A stretch of DNA of 32,571 bases from Candidatus Latescibacterota bacterium (GCA_965205655.1 CBDBIJ010000005.1:1-32571); one strand, 5' to 3'. Counted from the stretch's first letter, positions 12,547 through 22,353 are shown. Numbers and translations are program-made. The notes: generated by a model not told the origin, from the letters alone.

Positions 12547-13716
12547 ATGAAAATCGAATCGATCGACTTCCAAATCCTCGAAAGCGATCCCGTTGAACCG
12601 GAGTGGCGTCCACTGCGGGCGATGCGGGAGTATCCGGGGTCGACCAAGGTGCGGTTCGGGCATCGGCTGTTCAGCGGGGACGGGATCCGCTTGGAGCCCA
12701 GGCCGGCTTACACGTGTCTGCTCCGGATCCGAACCGATGCGAATCTCGAGAGCATCGGATCCTTCTCCTCCGGCTGGGGGAAAGAGGATCTCGAGTGGGG
12801 GGCGCGTACGTTCAAGGTCCAGTGGGAGCCGGAACTCGTCGGGCAGGATGCACTGAATCGCGAGTATATGTGGCACAAAATGTGGATGGCCCGGCGCTAC
12901 TTTCATATGACATCGACAGGTCCTCTCGCTTTGATCGACACGCTTTTGTGGGATCTGGCGGGGCTCCACGCCAGGTTGCCTGTCCACAAGCTGCTCGGTG
13001 GATTTCGCGACCGTGTCCCGGCCTATCTCACGGAAACGGGCATCCCCTACGAAGACACGCTGAAGTCGGCGCAACGGGCAGTGGACGAGGGTTACAAGGG
13101 GTTCAAGGACCACTCGATGCTGGGCGTCGAAACAAACCTCGCCCTCGCCAGGGACATCCGCAGTCTGGTCGGCAACGAGATGGCATTAATGCACGATCCC
13201 GTCCAGCAATACACCGTTGAAGATGCCATCAAAGTGTCGCGCGGGTTGGAAGAGCTGGGGTACATATGGATCGAAGAGCCCCTGCAGGAGTTCGACATCA
13301 ACGGGCTGAAACGTCTTTCCGACGCGGTTGATCTACCGGTGATGGCGCTCGAATCGATACATGGAAATCCCTACCTGGCGACGCCCTATCTTGTGGCGGG
13401 AGCGATCGATATCGTGCGGAATACCGGGCTCGGGATCACCGGCAAGATGAAGCTCGCGAATCTTGCAGAGATGTTCGGACTGAATGTCCACGGTGGAGGG
13501 GCGCAGGTTGTGGCCGCGACCCGAAACGACGACTGGTGGGAAGTGGGGGCGTGGCTGCCGACGGTCGCTGACCGCTCGATTTCTGCGGCATTTGCTGGCC
13601 TGATACGGGAAACTACGGAGGTCAGGGACGGCTATATGTATGTGCCACAGACGCCTGGGTTGGGGCGGGAGATAGACTGGGCGCAGATTGAGGCGAGGAC
13701 CATTTTAAGGGTGTAG
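12547..13716 (+). CDS. Mandelate racemase/muconate lactonizing enzyme family protein (enolase superfamily)
   Basis: Motifs IDTLLWDLAG..ARLPVHKLLGG, GYKGFKDH, metal ligands MHD / WIEEP / ALES, and VPQTPGLG; RBS GAGGA; intact 389 aa. Confidence 0.9.
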   Translation: MKIESIDFQILESDPVEPEWRPLRAMREYPGSTKVRFGHRLFSGDGIRLEPRPAYTCLLRIRTDANLESIGSFSSGWGKEDLEWGARTFKVQWEPELVGQDALNREYMWHKMWMARRYFHMTSTGPLALIDTLLWDLAGLHARLPVHKLLGGFRDRVPAYLTETGIPYEDTLKSAQRAVDEGYKGFKDHSMLGVETNLALARDIRSLVGNEMALMHDPVQQYTVEDAIKVSRGLEELGYIWIEEPLQEFDINGLKRLSDAVDLPVMALESIHGNPYLATPYLVAGAIDIVRNTGLGITGKMKLANLAEMFGLNVHGGGAQVVAATRNDDWWEVGAWLPTVADRSISAAFAGLIRETTEVRDGYMYVPQTPGLGREIDWAQIEARTILRV

Positions 13717-13775
13717 CCGCGTTTTTACGCAGCCATCGTGCGGGGTTGAAATGAACAACAATGCCTTAAAGATCG

Positions 13776-15217
13776 GGCTCCTCTGGAGAATCTGTGGGTG
13801 AGGAGGGGAGGCTGCGGCGATGGGAATAGAGGAGGCCAGGTAGCCCAGGCGCATCATCCCCCGGTATGTTGGGACAGTCCACCAAGACGGAACCCAACTA
13901 CCTGTGGAGGGAACGATGCGCCTGATCACGGTACTAAACCGGTGCACGACCTTCAAGCGGTTTGTGTTTGAGGGCAGTCATTTTGACCGGCACGGAAGGA
14001 TAATGGTGAGGATAAGGCCACGGAAAAACTCCCGGGGCGCGTGCAGCGGCTGCGGTCACTTGGCCCCCACCTATGACACGGCCCCCGAGGCCCGGCTGTT
14101 CGAGTTTGTTCCCCTCTGGGGGTTTCCGGTCTTTCTGGTGTATCGCATGCGCCGGGTTGCCTGCAAAGCCTGCGGCCGGGTGGTCGTCGAGAAGGTCCCC
14201 TGGAGCACGGGCAAGCACCACCTGACCGACCTCTACCGCTGCTTCCTGGCCCAGGGGGCCAAAAAACTGTCGTGGATCGAGGTGGCGCGTTCCTTCCGGA
14301 CCCGTTGGGACAAGGTCTACCACTCCGTCCAGTACGTCGTGGACTATGGGCTCGCTCATCGCTGCCTCGACCAGGTCACGGCCCTCGGCGTGGATGAAAT
14401 CCAGTATCGTAAGGGGCATCATTATCTGACGTTGCTGTACCAGATCGACCCCCACCGCCGCCGCCTGTTGTGGATGGGCGAGAAGCGGACGAAGAAGGCC
14501 TTGAACGACGGCTTTACCGAACGGGAGCAGGAGCACCGGCGCAAGCAGGAAGCCGGCGGCGAGCAGGAGCCGACCCGTTTCCTCGACCAGATTACCGTCA
14601 TCTGCTCTGATATCTGGAAAGCCTACCTCAACGTTATCAGCAAGCGGCTCCCCACCGCGGTACCTATTCTCGACCGTTTTCACCTCATGCAGCACTTCAG
14701 CAAGGCCCTCGACAAAGTCCGTGCCGAAGAGGCCCGCAGACTCAAAGAACAGGGCCAGGATCCGGTCCTGAGCAAGAGCCGCTGGTGCTTCCTGAAGCGC
14801 AAGGAGAACCTCAGCGACTCCCAAGGCTTGAAGCTGTCGGAGCTATTGAAGATGAACCTGCGGACGGTCAGAGCCTACCTGCTCAAGGAGGACTTCCAGC
14901 GCTTCTGGGACTACACCTACTCCGCGTGGGCTGAGAAGTTCCTCCAGCGCGGGTGTTTCCGTACGATGAGAAGCAACATCGAACCGATGAAAGACATCGC
15001 CGGAATGCTGCGGCGTCACCAAGAGCTCATCCTCAATTGGTTCAGGGCCAGGAAGCAGTTCAACAACGGCATGGTCGAGGGCTTGAACCTGAAATGGAAT
15101 CTGACAGGGAGAAAAGCATTCGGATTCCGCACCTTCAAGGCACTCCAAATCGCTTCATTCCATCAGCTTGGCGATTTACCCGAGCCACAATTCACCCACG
15201 AATTCTACTGACGAGCC
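13776..15217 (+). mobile_element. ISL3-family insertion sequence
   Basis: Imperfect 26-bp TIRs: ggctcctctggagaatctgtgggtga versus the reverse complement of the right end, ggctcgtcagtagaattcgtgggtga. No matching flanking duplication. Confidence 0.9.
13916..15211 (+). CDS. ISL3 transposase (open frame, several conserved residues apparently mutated)
   Basis: Zinc finger CSGCG/CKACG; motifs GVDEI, CSDIW, LDRFH, VEGLN and AFGFRT; RBS GGAGGG. Confidence 0.9.
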   Translation: MRLITVLNRCTTFKRFVFEGSHFDRHGRIMVRIRPRKNSRGACSGCGHLAPTYDTAPEARLFEFVPLWGFPVFLVYRMRRVACKACGRVVVEKVPWSTGKHHLTDLYRCFLAQGAKKLSWIEVARSFRTRWDKVYHSVQYVVDYGLAHRCLDQVTALGVDEIQYRKGHHYLTLLYQIDPHRRRLLWMGEKRTKKALNDGFTEREQEHRRKQEAGGEQEPTRFLDQITVICSDIWKAYLNVISKRLPTAVPILDRFHLMQHFSKALDKVRAEEARRLKEQGQDPVLSKSRWCFLKRKENLSDSQGLKLSELLKMNLRTVRAYLLKEDFQRFWDYTYSAWAEKFLQRGCFRTMRSNIEPMKDIAGMLRRHQELILNWFRARKQFNNGMVEGLNLKWNLTGRKAFGFRTFKALQIASFHQLGDLPEPQFTHEFY

Positions 15218-15279
15218 TTCGGAAAGATTCGCCCGTTCCTTCGACCGATGATGAGTGAAGGGAGTCGGAGGAACCTCCG

Positions 15280-16219
15280 TCCCCACCAGATCCAGATACG
15301 TCAGCCGTTTCCCCAGCATCCCGGAAACAAGGAATTTCATCTGTTCCATGATATCCATTCCTCGGATATTGTGCCTCCCTACCATCTCGTTGAGGTATCG
15401 GGGGAAATACTTGGGAGATATGTGGCGATAGGGCCCGCGATAGGTTCCCTTCCCCTCATCCCAGGAACGATTCAATACCGTTGGTATGGACATCGTCCCT
15501 GACGAATTCTCTTTTTTTATGGTTGACGAATTCGTGCCTCCCCGCCAACCCGAAATTGGAATAAGACCTGAACTCGTCGCTGTAAAGGGTTCCCCCAGGG
15601 CATAGGTGTTTCTCTGCGCATGTGCGCAAGGTCTTGCGCTTCCTATCGGGGATCACCTCGGCGGCCACCCTGCCGGTTTCCCGGTCAATCATTCCGACCA
15701 CGATGATCTTGCCCTTCATCCAGTTTTCGCGAAGCTTGTTCGAAGCTTGTTCTTGGAGTGCTTGTTTTTCTCTTTTCCGCCGAATAAGGTTTCGTCTATC
15801 TCAGCAACTTCGCAGTTGAGGCTGTCTTGTTCTGGCCACCCTTCCCGGATGCGGTGCAGCATGAACCAGGCCGACCGATAATTAAGGTCGAGGAGGCGGT
15901 GCAGTTCCATACCGCTTACACCCTTCGTGGTCAGGTGCAGACGGACGGCGGTGGCCCATTTCCGCAAGGGGATCTTGGAGTGGGACATTTCCGTTCCGGT
16001 CCGAACGCTGAATCGCTTTCGGCAGTCGCCGCACCAATACGGCTGGGGTTTCCGGTTGGGACATTCCGATATCATCCCGCAGCAGCCGCAATGCGGGCAG
16101 TGTATGGAGACGGGAAGGCCGTCTACCGTCTTTCCCCATCTGAGTTCTTCGAACCATTTTTCCGCCGTTGTATTGTCTGAAAATTTTACAGATAATTCGA
16201 TGCCTTTACTATTTTTCAC
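15280..16219 (-). pseudogene. IS1595-family transposase in three frameshifted pieces (3' boundary approximate)
   Basis: CPHCG...CGDCRKRFSVRTGT, AWFMLHRIR and EIDETLFGG (15716..16219); LYSDE, VNH and HTNGIES (15456..15719); YRHISPKY..RYLNE...KRLTY (within 15176..15493). TIRs not identified. Confidence 0.88.
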
Positions 16220-16323
16220 TTCGATTACCTCGGGCCGTGGAGGTACCAGCGGCCCTCAAAAAATATTGTGATTCACGCTCCCATAGTTTTCCTTTCGGTT
16301 TGTAGTGGGAAGGTGACCTGTCG

Positions 16324-17305
16324 ATGTGCACCGACAGAGGGAAAGGGAAGCGCCAGCGGATCCTGACAGCCGTTCTGCCTGCTCCTGTCGAACCAGTCTT
16401 CGTTGCAGGCGCAGCCGGATTACGGTTATCGCCTTGGTGATAGAGTCGGCGGGCGCCTGAACTATCGCGTTCCGGGGGTGTCCACGTACATGGAAGCCCT
16501 CGATCCGTCAATTCAGCGATGGTACCTCCCCGCGGTCCATTTCAGCGAGGCCGGCCGCCAGCGGTGGCAGTACACGAACTGGGCCAGGGACAGGCAGCAG
16601 CGATACGTCAATGCCGGCCTCGAGGGAGACAACTATTACGATTTCTTCGGGGATCTGGTGACCCGGGGTTGGGTCGTCTACAGCTGGCAACAGGTTCAGC
16701 CCGTGATCGCGAGCTCGTCGGGGATTGTCAAGGCCCAACGATACATCCGCAAGGCCGGCTACAACGGAGTCATCACCGAATACACGGCCGAGCGCTTTCA
16801 CGTGACCGGACTGTTCTCGCGAATTGGATTTCCGATAGTGGGACAGGGGGGAGCCACGTTCCAGAACTTCACCAACCTCGCCGGCGGTCGCGCTACCGCA
16901 GATGTAACTGACTTCATGACCCTCCCACTGACGTTTGTCAACAGTCACAATGGCACGGGTGCGGCCGACGCCTGGGAAGGCAACGCCTTCACGGGCTGGC
17001 TCAACAGCGAGCAGCTGAGCCAGCGACTCGAACTTCTGGTGTTGCGCCTCTCCGACGATTCTCCGGAAGACGCCGAAGGTGGGGCAATGCTCTTCAGCGA
17101 CGATCTCGAGATTTCGACAACCATCGTCCGCGACGCCCTGATCGACAGGGAGACGGTGATGGTCGAGACAGACACCGTCTTCTTCGCCAGCTCGATCGAT
17201 TTTCGCCCCGCCGTCGAAGGGGGCAAAGTACGGCAGGGCTTCTTGACCGCCGATGGCGGCGAAGACATCGTCATGAAATACCTCCTGGCGCCAGCACGAA
17301 GGTGA
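16324..17305 (+). pseudogene. Truncated paralog of the 980-aa exported protein at 27497..30439
   Basis: Colinear with the first ~350 aa of 27497..30439 (DYGxRLGDRVG, DPxIQRWYLP, DDSPEDxEGGA, QGFLTADGxExIVMKY). It has a frameshift in the signal-peptide region, a 35-aa in-frame deletion at ~16745, and has lost the C-terminal ~630 aa. Confidence 0.85.
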
Positions 17306-19989
17306 CTGCAGTGATACGGGAAAACCGGCCGGAAGCAATGAGTCAGAGCGCAACGAACCGGGGCGCACCACGGAACCCCTCGAGCCCGTCATCGCGATGG
17401 GCGATTCCCCTCATCTTTCTGCTGTCGGGAGCCTGCGGCCTCGCCTACCAAGTCGTGTGGGCGCGCATGCTCATCGTCGTCTTCGGGACGACGCTGCTGG
17501 CAGTGAGCACTGTGCTCAGCGCTGTTATGGCGGGGCTGGCGCTGGGCAGCTTCAGCTTCGGACGGTGGATCGACCACGTGCACCGACCGCTGCGCGTTTT
17601 CGCCTGTCTCGAAGCCGGCATCGGCCTGTTCGCTTTCCTGTTTCCCCAGCTCTTGCCAGTGACCGGATGGCTCGCCGCCGCCCTGCAACCCGCGGACGGT
17701 CACTCACCGGTATTTTCGATCGTGCGCTTCGTGCTCGCCTTCGGACTGTTGCTGATTCCAACCGCGTTCATGGGCGCCACCCTGCCTGTGATTTCAAAGT
17801 TCGCCGTGAGACAGTTCGTCAGGCTCGGAAGCAGCGTCGGTCTGCTCTACGCCGCCAACACCCTCGGCGCCGTCGCCGGCGTCGCGGTCGTCACCTTCGT
17901 CCTGATGGAAGCGCTGGGACTGCGGGCCAGCAGCTACGTCGTGGGATGCGTCAATCTGTGCGTAGCTGCGCTGGCCTACCTGGTCGGCGGCCGCGTGTCT
18001 ATCGTGGAGACCGCCGGCGATCCCAGAGCGTTCGTCCACCCGACTGACGCCGAGGCAACTGCAGGTCAGGCGTCGCCAGCCGGCCGGGCGATATCGTCAG
18101 CGGTCCCGATAAACCCTGTCGTTCTCAAATTGACCCTCGTCGGGTTCGCGCTGCAAGGGTTTGCGGCGCTCGGATACGAGGTGGCTTGGTTGCGCCTGTT
18201 CACCGTCGCCTTCACCATCACCTCTCACTACGAGTTCAGCATCGTGTTGATCGCCTTCCTGCTCGGGCTGAGCTTCGGCAGCTTCATCTGTAGCCGCCTT
18301 CTCGACGCGCGCAAGGACCTGCTGTCGATGTTCGGCGCGTTCCAGATCCTGATCGGCATCGTCGGCATCTCTTCGGTGGCCATATTTGCCGCCGCGTCCG
18401 ATCTGATCGGTTTCGTGCACGGAGCGAGCTCGTGGTGGCGCCACCGCGGCGGCATCTTTGGCCTGTCCTTCGGCATGATGCTCGTGCCGGCTCTGCTGAT
18501 GGGCGCGTCCTTCCCCGTCGTCAGTCGCATTTACACCCAGAGTCTGCGCACGCTCGGTCGCGGCGTCGGCTCCGTCAACGCCGCCAACAGCCTGGGCGCC
18601 ATTGGCGGCTCTCTCGCGGCCGGCTTTGTACTGATCCCGCTCGTCGGCACCGAGGACACTTTCCGCGTGCTCGGCGGCATCAACATAGTGGTCGGACTCG
18701 TGATCCTGGGCCTCCACCCGAGCCTGCGGTTGCGCTCGAAGTTGACGGCACTGGCCGTCGGCGTCGCTTCCGTCGTCGTTGTCGACTTCACGTCGCCCGG
18801 CGACCTCATGCTGCAGCTTTCCAGCCGCAACCTGGGCACGTCCGAGCTGCTCTACTATTCCGAAGGGCCCGAAGGCATCATCACCGTCAGGGGCGAGGCC
18901 GACGGCTACCGCAGAATGCTCCTCAACGGCGGCGGCCAAGTGCCTTCCGAGTACGGCTCGTTCCAGCTCTTCCGCTTACTCGGTCATCTAGCCCTGCTGC
19001 TGCACCCAGATCCCGACGACGTGCTGGTGATAGCGCTGGGCGGCGGCATCGCTCTCGGTGCGGTGGCCCAGCACGCGGAAGTCGAGCGCATAGAATGCGT
19101 CGAGCTCGTGCCCCAGGTGGTCGAGGCGGCTCAACAGGAGTTCACGCCCTACAACCACGCGATTCTCGACCGTCTCGAGGATTCCCCAATCGAACTCGTC
19201 ATCGACGACGGCCGCAACTACCTGCTGAAAACGCAGCGGCGCTACGACGTCATCACCGGAGACGCCACCCATCCCACGAGCACCGACAGCTGGGTCCTGT
19301 ACACGAAGGACTTCTACGAGCTCTGCAAGGCGCGCCTCAAGCGGGGCGGCATCGTCGTGCAGTGGCTGCCGCCCCACGGGCTCCCTGTCGACGACTTCAA
19401 GACCGCGCTGCGCACCTTTCAAAGCGTGTTCCCGCACGCCAGCTTCTGGCGCACAAATAATCACTCGATCATGGTGGGCACGCAGGACAGGCTTTCGATT
19501 CGCTTCAGCGGGCTGCGGGACAAGCTGGCTTCGGAAGCGGTGCGTGGGAGCCTCGAAGAAGTCGATCTTGACGATCCTTTCGCCATTCTGAGCTGCTACT
19601 TCTTCGGCGAGGAAGCATATCGCCGGTATGCAGGCGACGGCCCGCTGAACACAGATGATCACCCACATCTCAGCTTCGTCGGTCCTCGAGCGTTTCACGT
19701 GCGCTCGTGGCAGGTGTTGATCGACCTCACCCGTGAGATCAGCCGGCGGCCGGTTGACATCTCGCCCTACCTGGACGCTGACGACCCCGCGTGGACGCAG
19801 GCCCGGCGCGATACCATGGCCATCTATCACAAGGGCAGAGAGTTCGTGATTCAGGGTGACGTGCTGCGTCACCAGGGGAAGAAACGACCTGCATTGCGTG
19901 CCTACGAACAGGCGCTGAGGACCAACCCCCGGGAGTGGACGGCGGGCTACTACGCCACCCTGATAGACGAGCAGCTCAGCAGGCGTTGA
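17302..19989 (+). CDS. Fused multi-TM membrane domain / spermidine-synthase-like SAM-dependent transferase with C-terminal TPR-like helix pair (start may be ATG 17338)
   Basis: Duplicated membrane repeats (SGACGLAYQVVWAR / QGFAALGYEVAWLR; MGATLP / MGASFP; YAANTLGA / NAANSLGA), then VLVIALGGG, VELVPQVV, DDGRNYL and YDVITGD. Confidence 0.9.
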   Translation: MTAVIRENRPEAMSQSATNRGAPRNPSSPSSRWAIPLIFLLSGACGLAYQVVWARMLIVVFGTTLLAVSTVLSAVMAGLALGSFSFGRWIDHVHRPLRVFACLEAGIGLFAFLFPQLLPVTGWLAAALQPADGHSPVFSIVRFVLAFGLLLIPTAFMGATLPVISKFAVRQFVRLGSSVGLLYAANTLGAVAGVAVVTFVLMEALGLRASSYVVGCVNLCVAALAYLVGGRVSIVETAGDPRAFVHPTDAEATAGQASPAGRAISSAVPINPVVLKLTLVGFALQGFAALGYEVAWLRLFTVAFTITSHYEFSIVLIAFLLGLSFGSFICSRLLDARKDLLSMFGAFQILIGIVGISSVAIFAAASDLIGFVHGASSWWRHRGGIFGLSFGMMLVPALLMGASFPVVSRIYTQSLRTLGRGVGSVNAANSLGAIGGSLAAGFVLIPLVGTEDTFRVLGGINIVVGLVILGLHPSLRLRSKLTALAVGVASVVVVDFTSPGDLMLQLSSRNLGTSELLYYSEGPEGIITVRGEADGYRRMLLNGGGQVPSEYGSFQLFRLLGHLALLLHPDPDDVLVIALGGGIALGAVAQHAEVERIECVELVPQVVEAAQQEFTPYNHAILDRLEDSPIELVIDDGRNYLLKTQRRYDVITGDATHPTSTDSWVLYTKDFYELCKARLKRGGIVVQWLPPHGLPVDDFKTALRTFQSVFPHASFWRTNNHSIMVGTQDRLSIRFSGLRDKLASEAVRGSLEEVDLDDPFAILSCYFFGEEAYRRYAGDGPLNTDDHPHLSFVGPRAFHVRSWQVLIDLTREISRRPVDISPYLDADDPAWTQARRDTMAIYHKGREFVIQGDVLRHQGKKRPALRAYEQALRTNPREWTAGYYATLIDEQLSRR

Positions 19990-20077
19990 TCATCGGCTGC
20001 GGGGCGCGGCGCGATACCGGTCAGGTGTGCCGACAGCACGATGTAGTATCTACCCGCACTGAACGAGGGATCGAGGA

Positions 20078-20710
20078 ATGACCGAAGCAGAGATCGAGTC
20101 GAAATGTGAAGACATCCTCACCGAGGGATTCTGCGTCCTCAAGGATCTTCTGCCAAGGCAGGTGATCGCCGACTGTGCCCGCGCCTTCGAGCCCATTCTG
20201 GAGGCGCACATGGATGAGATCAGCACCGATCCGAACCGGGGACCGAACCGCCACTATATCCGGCTTCCGTTCGAGCCTCCCTTCGCTGACCCCATCATCT
20301 ACGAGAACGAGGCAGTCCTCTCGGTCGTCGATCGCCTGCTGGGCGAGGAGGTGGCGATGGGGAGTTTAGCCACGGACACGCCACTGGACGTCACGAAAGA
20401 CAACGGCCCCTTCCAGGCAGCAAGAGGTACTCATCTCATCCCCAGGGAGGAGGGGCTGCGCAAGGTGAAGAGCGGTGAGATCCCGCTCGAGCCTGTGTTC
20501 CTGAACGCCGGTGATGTGCTGCTGCGGGATCCACGACATATTCACGGAGGCACTCCGAACCGCACGTCGACACCCAGGCCGGTGGCGGTAATCAGTTACG
20601 TGAGAAGCTGGTATCGCTTCGACAAACTGCTCGCCATCTCCAAGGCGGAGCGCGCCAAGCTGTCAGAGCGCGGTAAGCAACTGCTGCGTTTTGCGCCAAG
20701 AGAAGTGTGA
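20078..20710 (+). pseudogene. Phytanoyl-CoA dioxygenase (PhyH) family protein with an in-frame deletion that removes the HxD iron-binding motif
   Basis: GFCVLKDLLP, NGPF..ARGTH, AGDVLLRDPRHIHGGTPNRT..PRP are present. ATDTPL runs directly into DVTKDNGP with no HxD segment in between. Confidence 0.75.
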
Positions 20711-20726
20711 GGGAGATGCGGCAAGT

Positions 20727-22289
20727 TCACTCCCGCTGCCGCAGTTTCTGCGCCTGCTCGTAGAGCCTCTTACTGTCCTCGGCCCTGCCGAGCTCCCTGT
20801 ACGCGTCACTGAGATACATGTGGGCCCGCTGGTTCCGCGGAGCCAGCGCGAGGGCCCGTTCGTATGCCGCCGCCGCTTCCTCGAAGCTCCCGAGCTGGAA
20901 GTGAGTGACTCCGATTCCGACCTGCGCCTCAACGTAGTCGGGTCGCAGGGTCAGCGCCCTGGAAAAGAATTCGACGGCCTCGTCGGGCTCGTCCATACGG
21001 GCGGAGATCACGCCCAGAATGCCGTACACCTCGGGTATGGTGCTGTCCAGCCTGGCGGCTCGCAGCAGTGTCTTGCGGGCGGAAGCCAGCTCGCCGAGGC
21101 GCAGGTAGACCTCGCCCAGGCGGGCGTGTCCCATGGGGTCCGAGGGGTCCAGATCCGCGCTCTTCTGCAGGTAGACAGCGGCCTCGGAGAACCTGCCCTG
21201 CTGACTCAGGACGAGGCCGAGTCCGGTGTTGGAATCCCTGTGATCGGAATCGATTTCGACGGCTCGTTGAAACTCCAACAGGGCGGCGTCGAGGTCTCCC
21301 GCCAGCATGTCTTTCAGACCCATGTGGTAATGGTCTCTCCACGAGCCGATGAACATCATCGGGTACGGAGGCGCCGAGATCTCGGCATGCAGACGCGGCA
21401 TCTGCCGGCGCAGCCGTTCGGAGCGCTTCAGCTCGCGCCTGCCTTCCTCGCGCCTGCCCAGGCTCATGTAGAGGGTTCCCAGATTGAGGCGCATCCTCGG
21501 AGCGCGGGGATTCAGTACCACCCCCTTTTCCATGACCTCGGCTGCCTCTTCACGACGCCCGAGATCGCGATAGGCCAGTCCCAAACGGAAGAACGCTTCG
21601 GCATCGCCAGGCGCAAAGGCCACAGCTTTCTCAAAGGATGCAGCAGCTTCTTCAGAGCGACCTTGATGTCTGAGGATCCGGCCGAGATTCTTGTGGGCCT
21701 GTGCCATCGTCGAGTCCATCGACAGGGCGGCGCGAAACGCCTGCTCCGCGAGCTTCGAGCTGTCGCGGTAATTGTGCATGACCCCCAGGTTGTAGTGCGG
21801 CAAGCTGCGCCCTGGGTCCAGATCGATCGCCTCCTGGTACGCGGCTATGGCGTCTTCAGCATCCTGTTCGTGGATCTCGGTCCACGGCCGGGCGGCGTAG
21901 CGCGCCGCATGGATGGCTCCGTGAATCTCGTGTAGCTCGGTCTGCCGCGGCTCGAGGGAGAGCGCCTTCTCGATCGCTTCGTGCGCCTCCGAGTACTTGC
22001 CCAGCGCCAGAAGTGTCCTCGACAGGTAGCTGTAAGTGACGCGAAGGTCATTTCCCGCGCGTTCAGCCGCACGCAGAGCTTCGAGCGCCTCAGCTAGATC
22101 ACCAGCGATGAAGTGCCGGACTCCCGCTGCGGTATTCTGATCGACCTCTTCGGAGCATGACGTGGCGACAATCGAGAGCGCGAGAAGTGACAGCCTGGCA
22201 CTGCGCCACAGGCGGCTAATTTTCGACACGCTGACCTCGCTGCAATTCATGCGCACAATATACAGATGAGCAGCATCACAGTGGAGCAT
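20727..22289 (-). CDS. Tetratricopeptide-repeat protein, probably exported or a lipoprotein (true start likely slightly downstream)
   Basis: More than ten TPR-like units (e.g. AIDLDPGRSLPHYNLG, AVAFAPGDAEAFFRLG, ALTLRPDYVEAQVGIG); LSLLALSIVATSC near the N-terminus. Confidence 0.9.
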   Translation of the reverse strand: MLHCDAAHLYIVRMNCSEVSVSKISRLWRSARLSLLALSIVATSCSEEVDQNTAAGVRHFIAGDLAEALEALRAAERAGNDLRVTYSYLSRTLLALGKYSEAHEAIEKALSLEPRQTELHEIHGAIHAARYAARPWTEIHEQDAEDAIAAYQEAIDLDPGRSLPHYNLGVMHNYRDSSKLAEQAFRAALSMDSTMAQAHKNLGRILRHQGRSEEAAASFEKAVAFAPGDAEAFFRLGLAYRDLGRREEAAEVMEKGVVLNPRAPRMRLNLGTLYMSLGRREEGRRELKRSERLRRQMPRLHAEISAPPYPMMFIGSWRDHYHMGLKDMLAGDLDAALLEFQRAVEIDSDHRDSNTGLGLVLSQQGRFSEAAVYLQKSADLDPSDPMGHARLGEVYLRLGELASARKTLLRAARLDSTIPEVYGILGVISARMDEPDEAVEFFSRALTLRPDYVEAQVGIGVTHFQLGSFEEAAAAYERALALAPRNQRAHMYLSDAYRELGRAEDSKRLYEQAQKLRQRE

Positions 22290-22353
22290 CTAGCGTTTGC
22301 AGGAGTTCGACGACGTGAGACCCGCCGCCGTTCATCAAGCGGGGGAAGGTTCC

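Noticed and set aside
20691..21935. 414-aa plus-strand ORF
   Set aside because: Shadow of the TPR gene on the minus strand.
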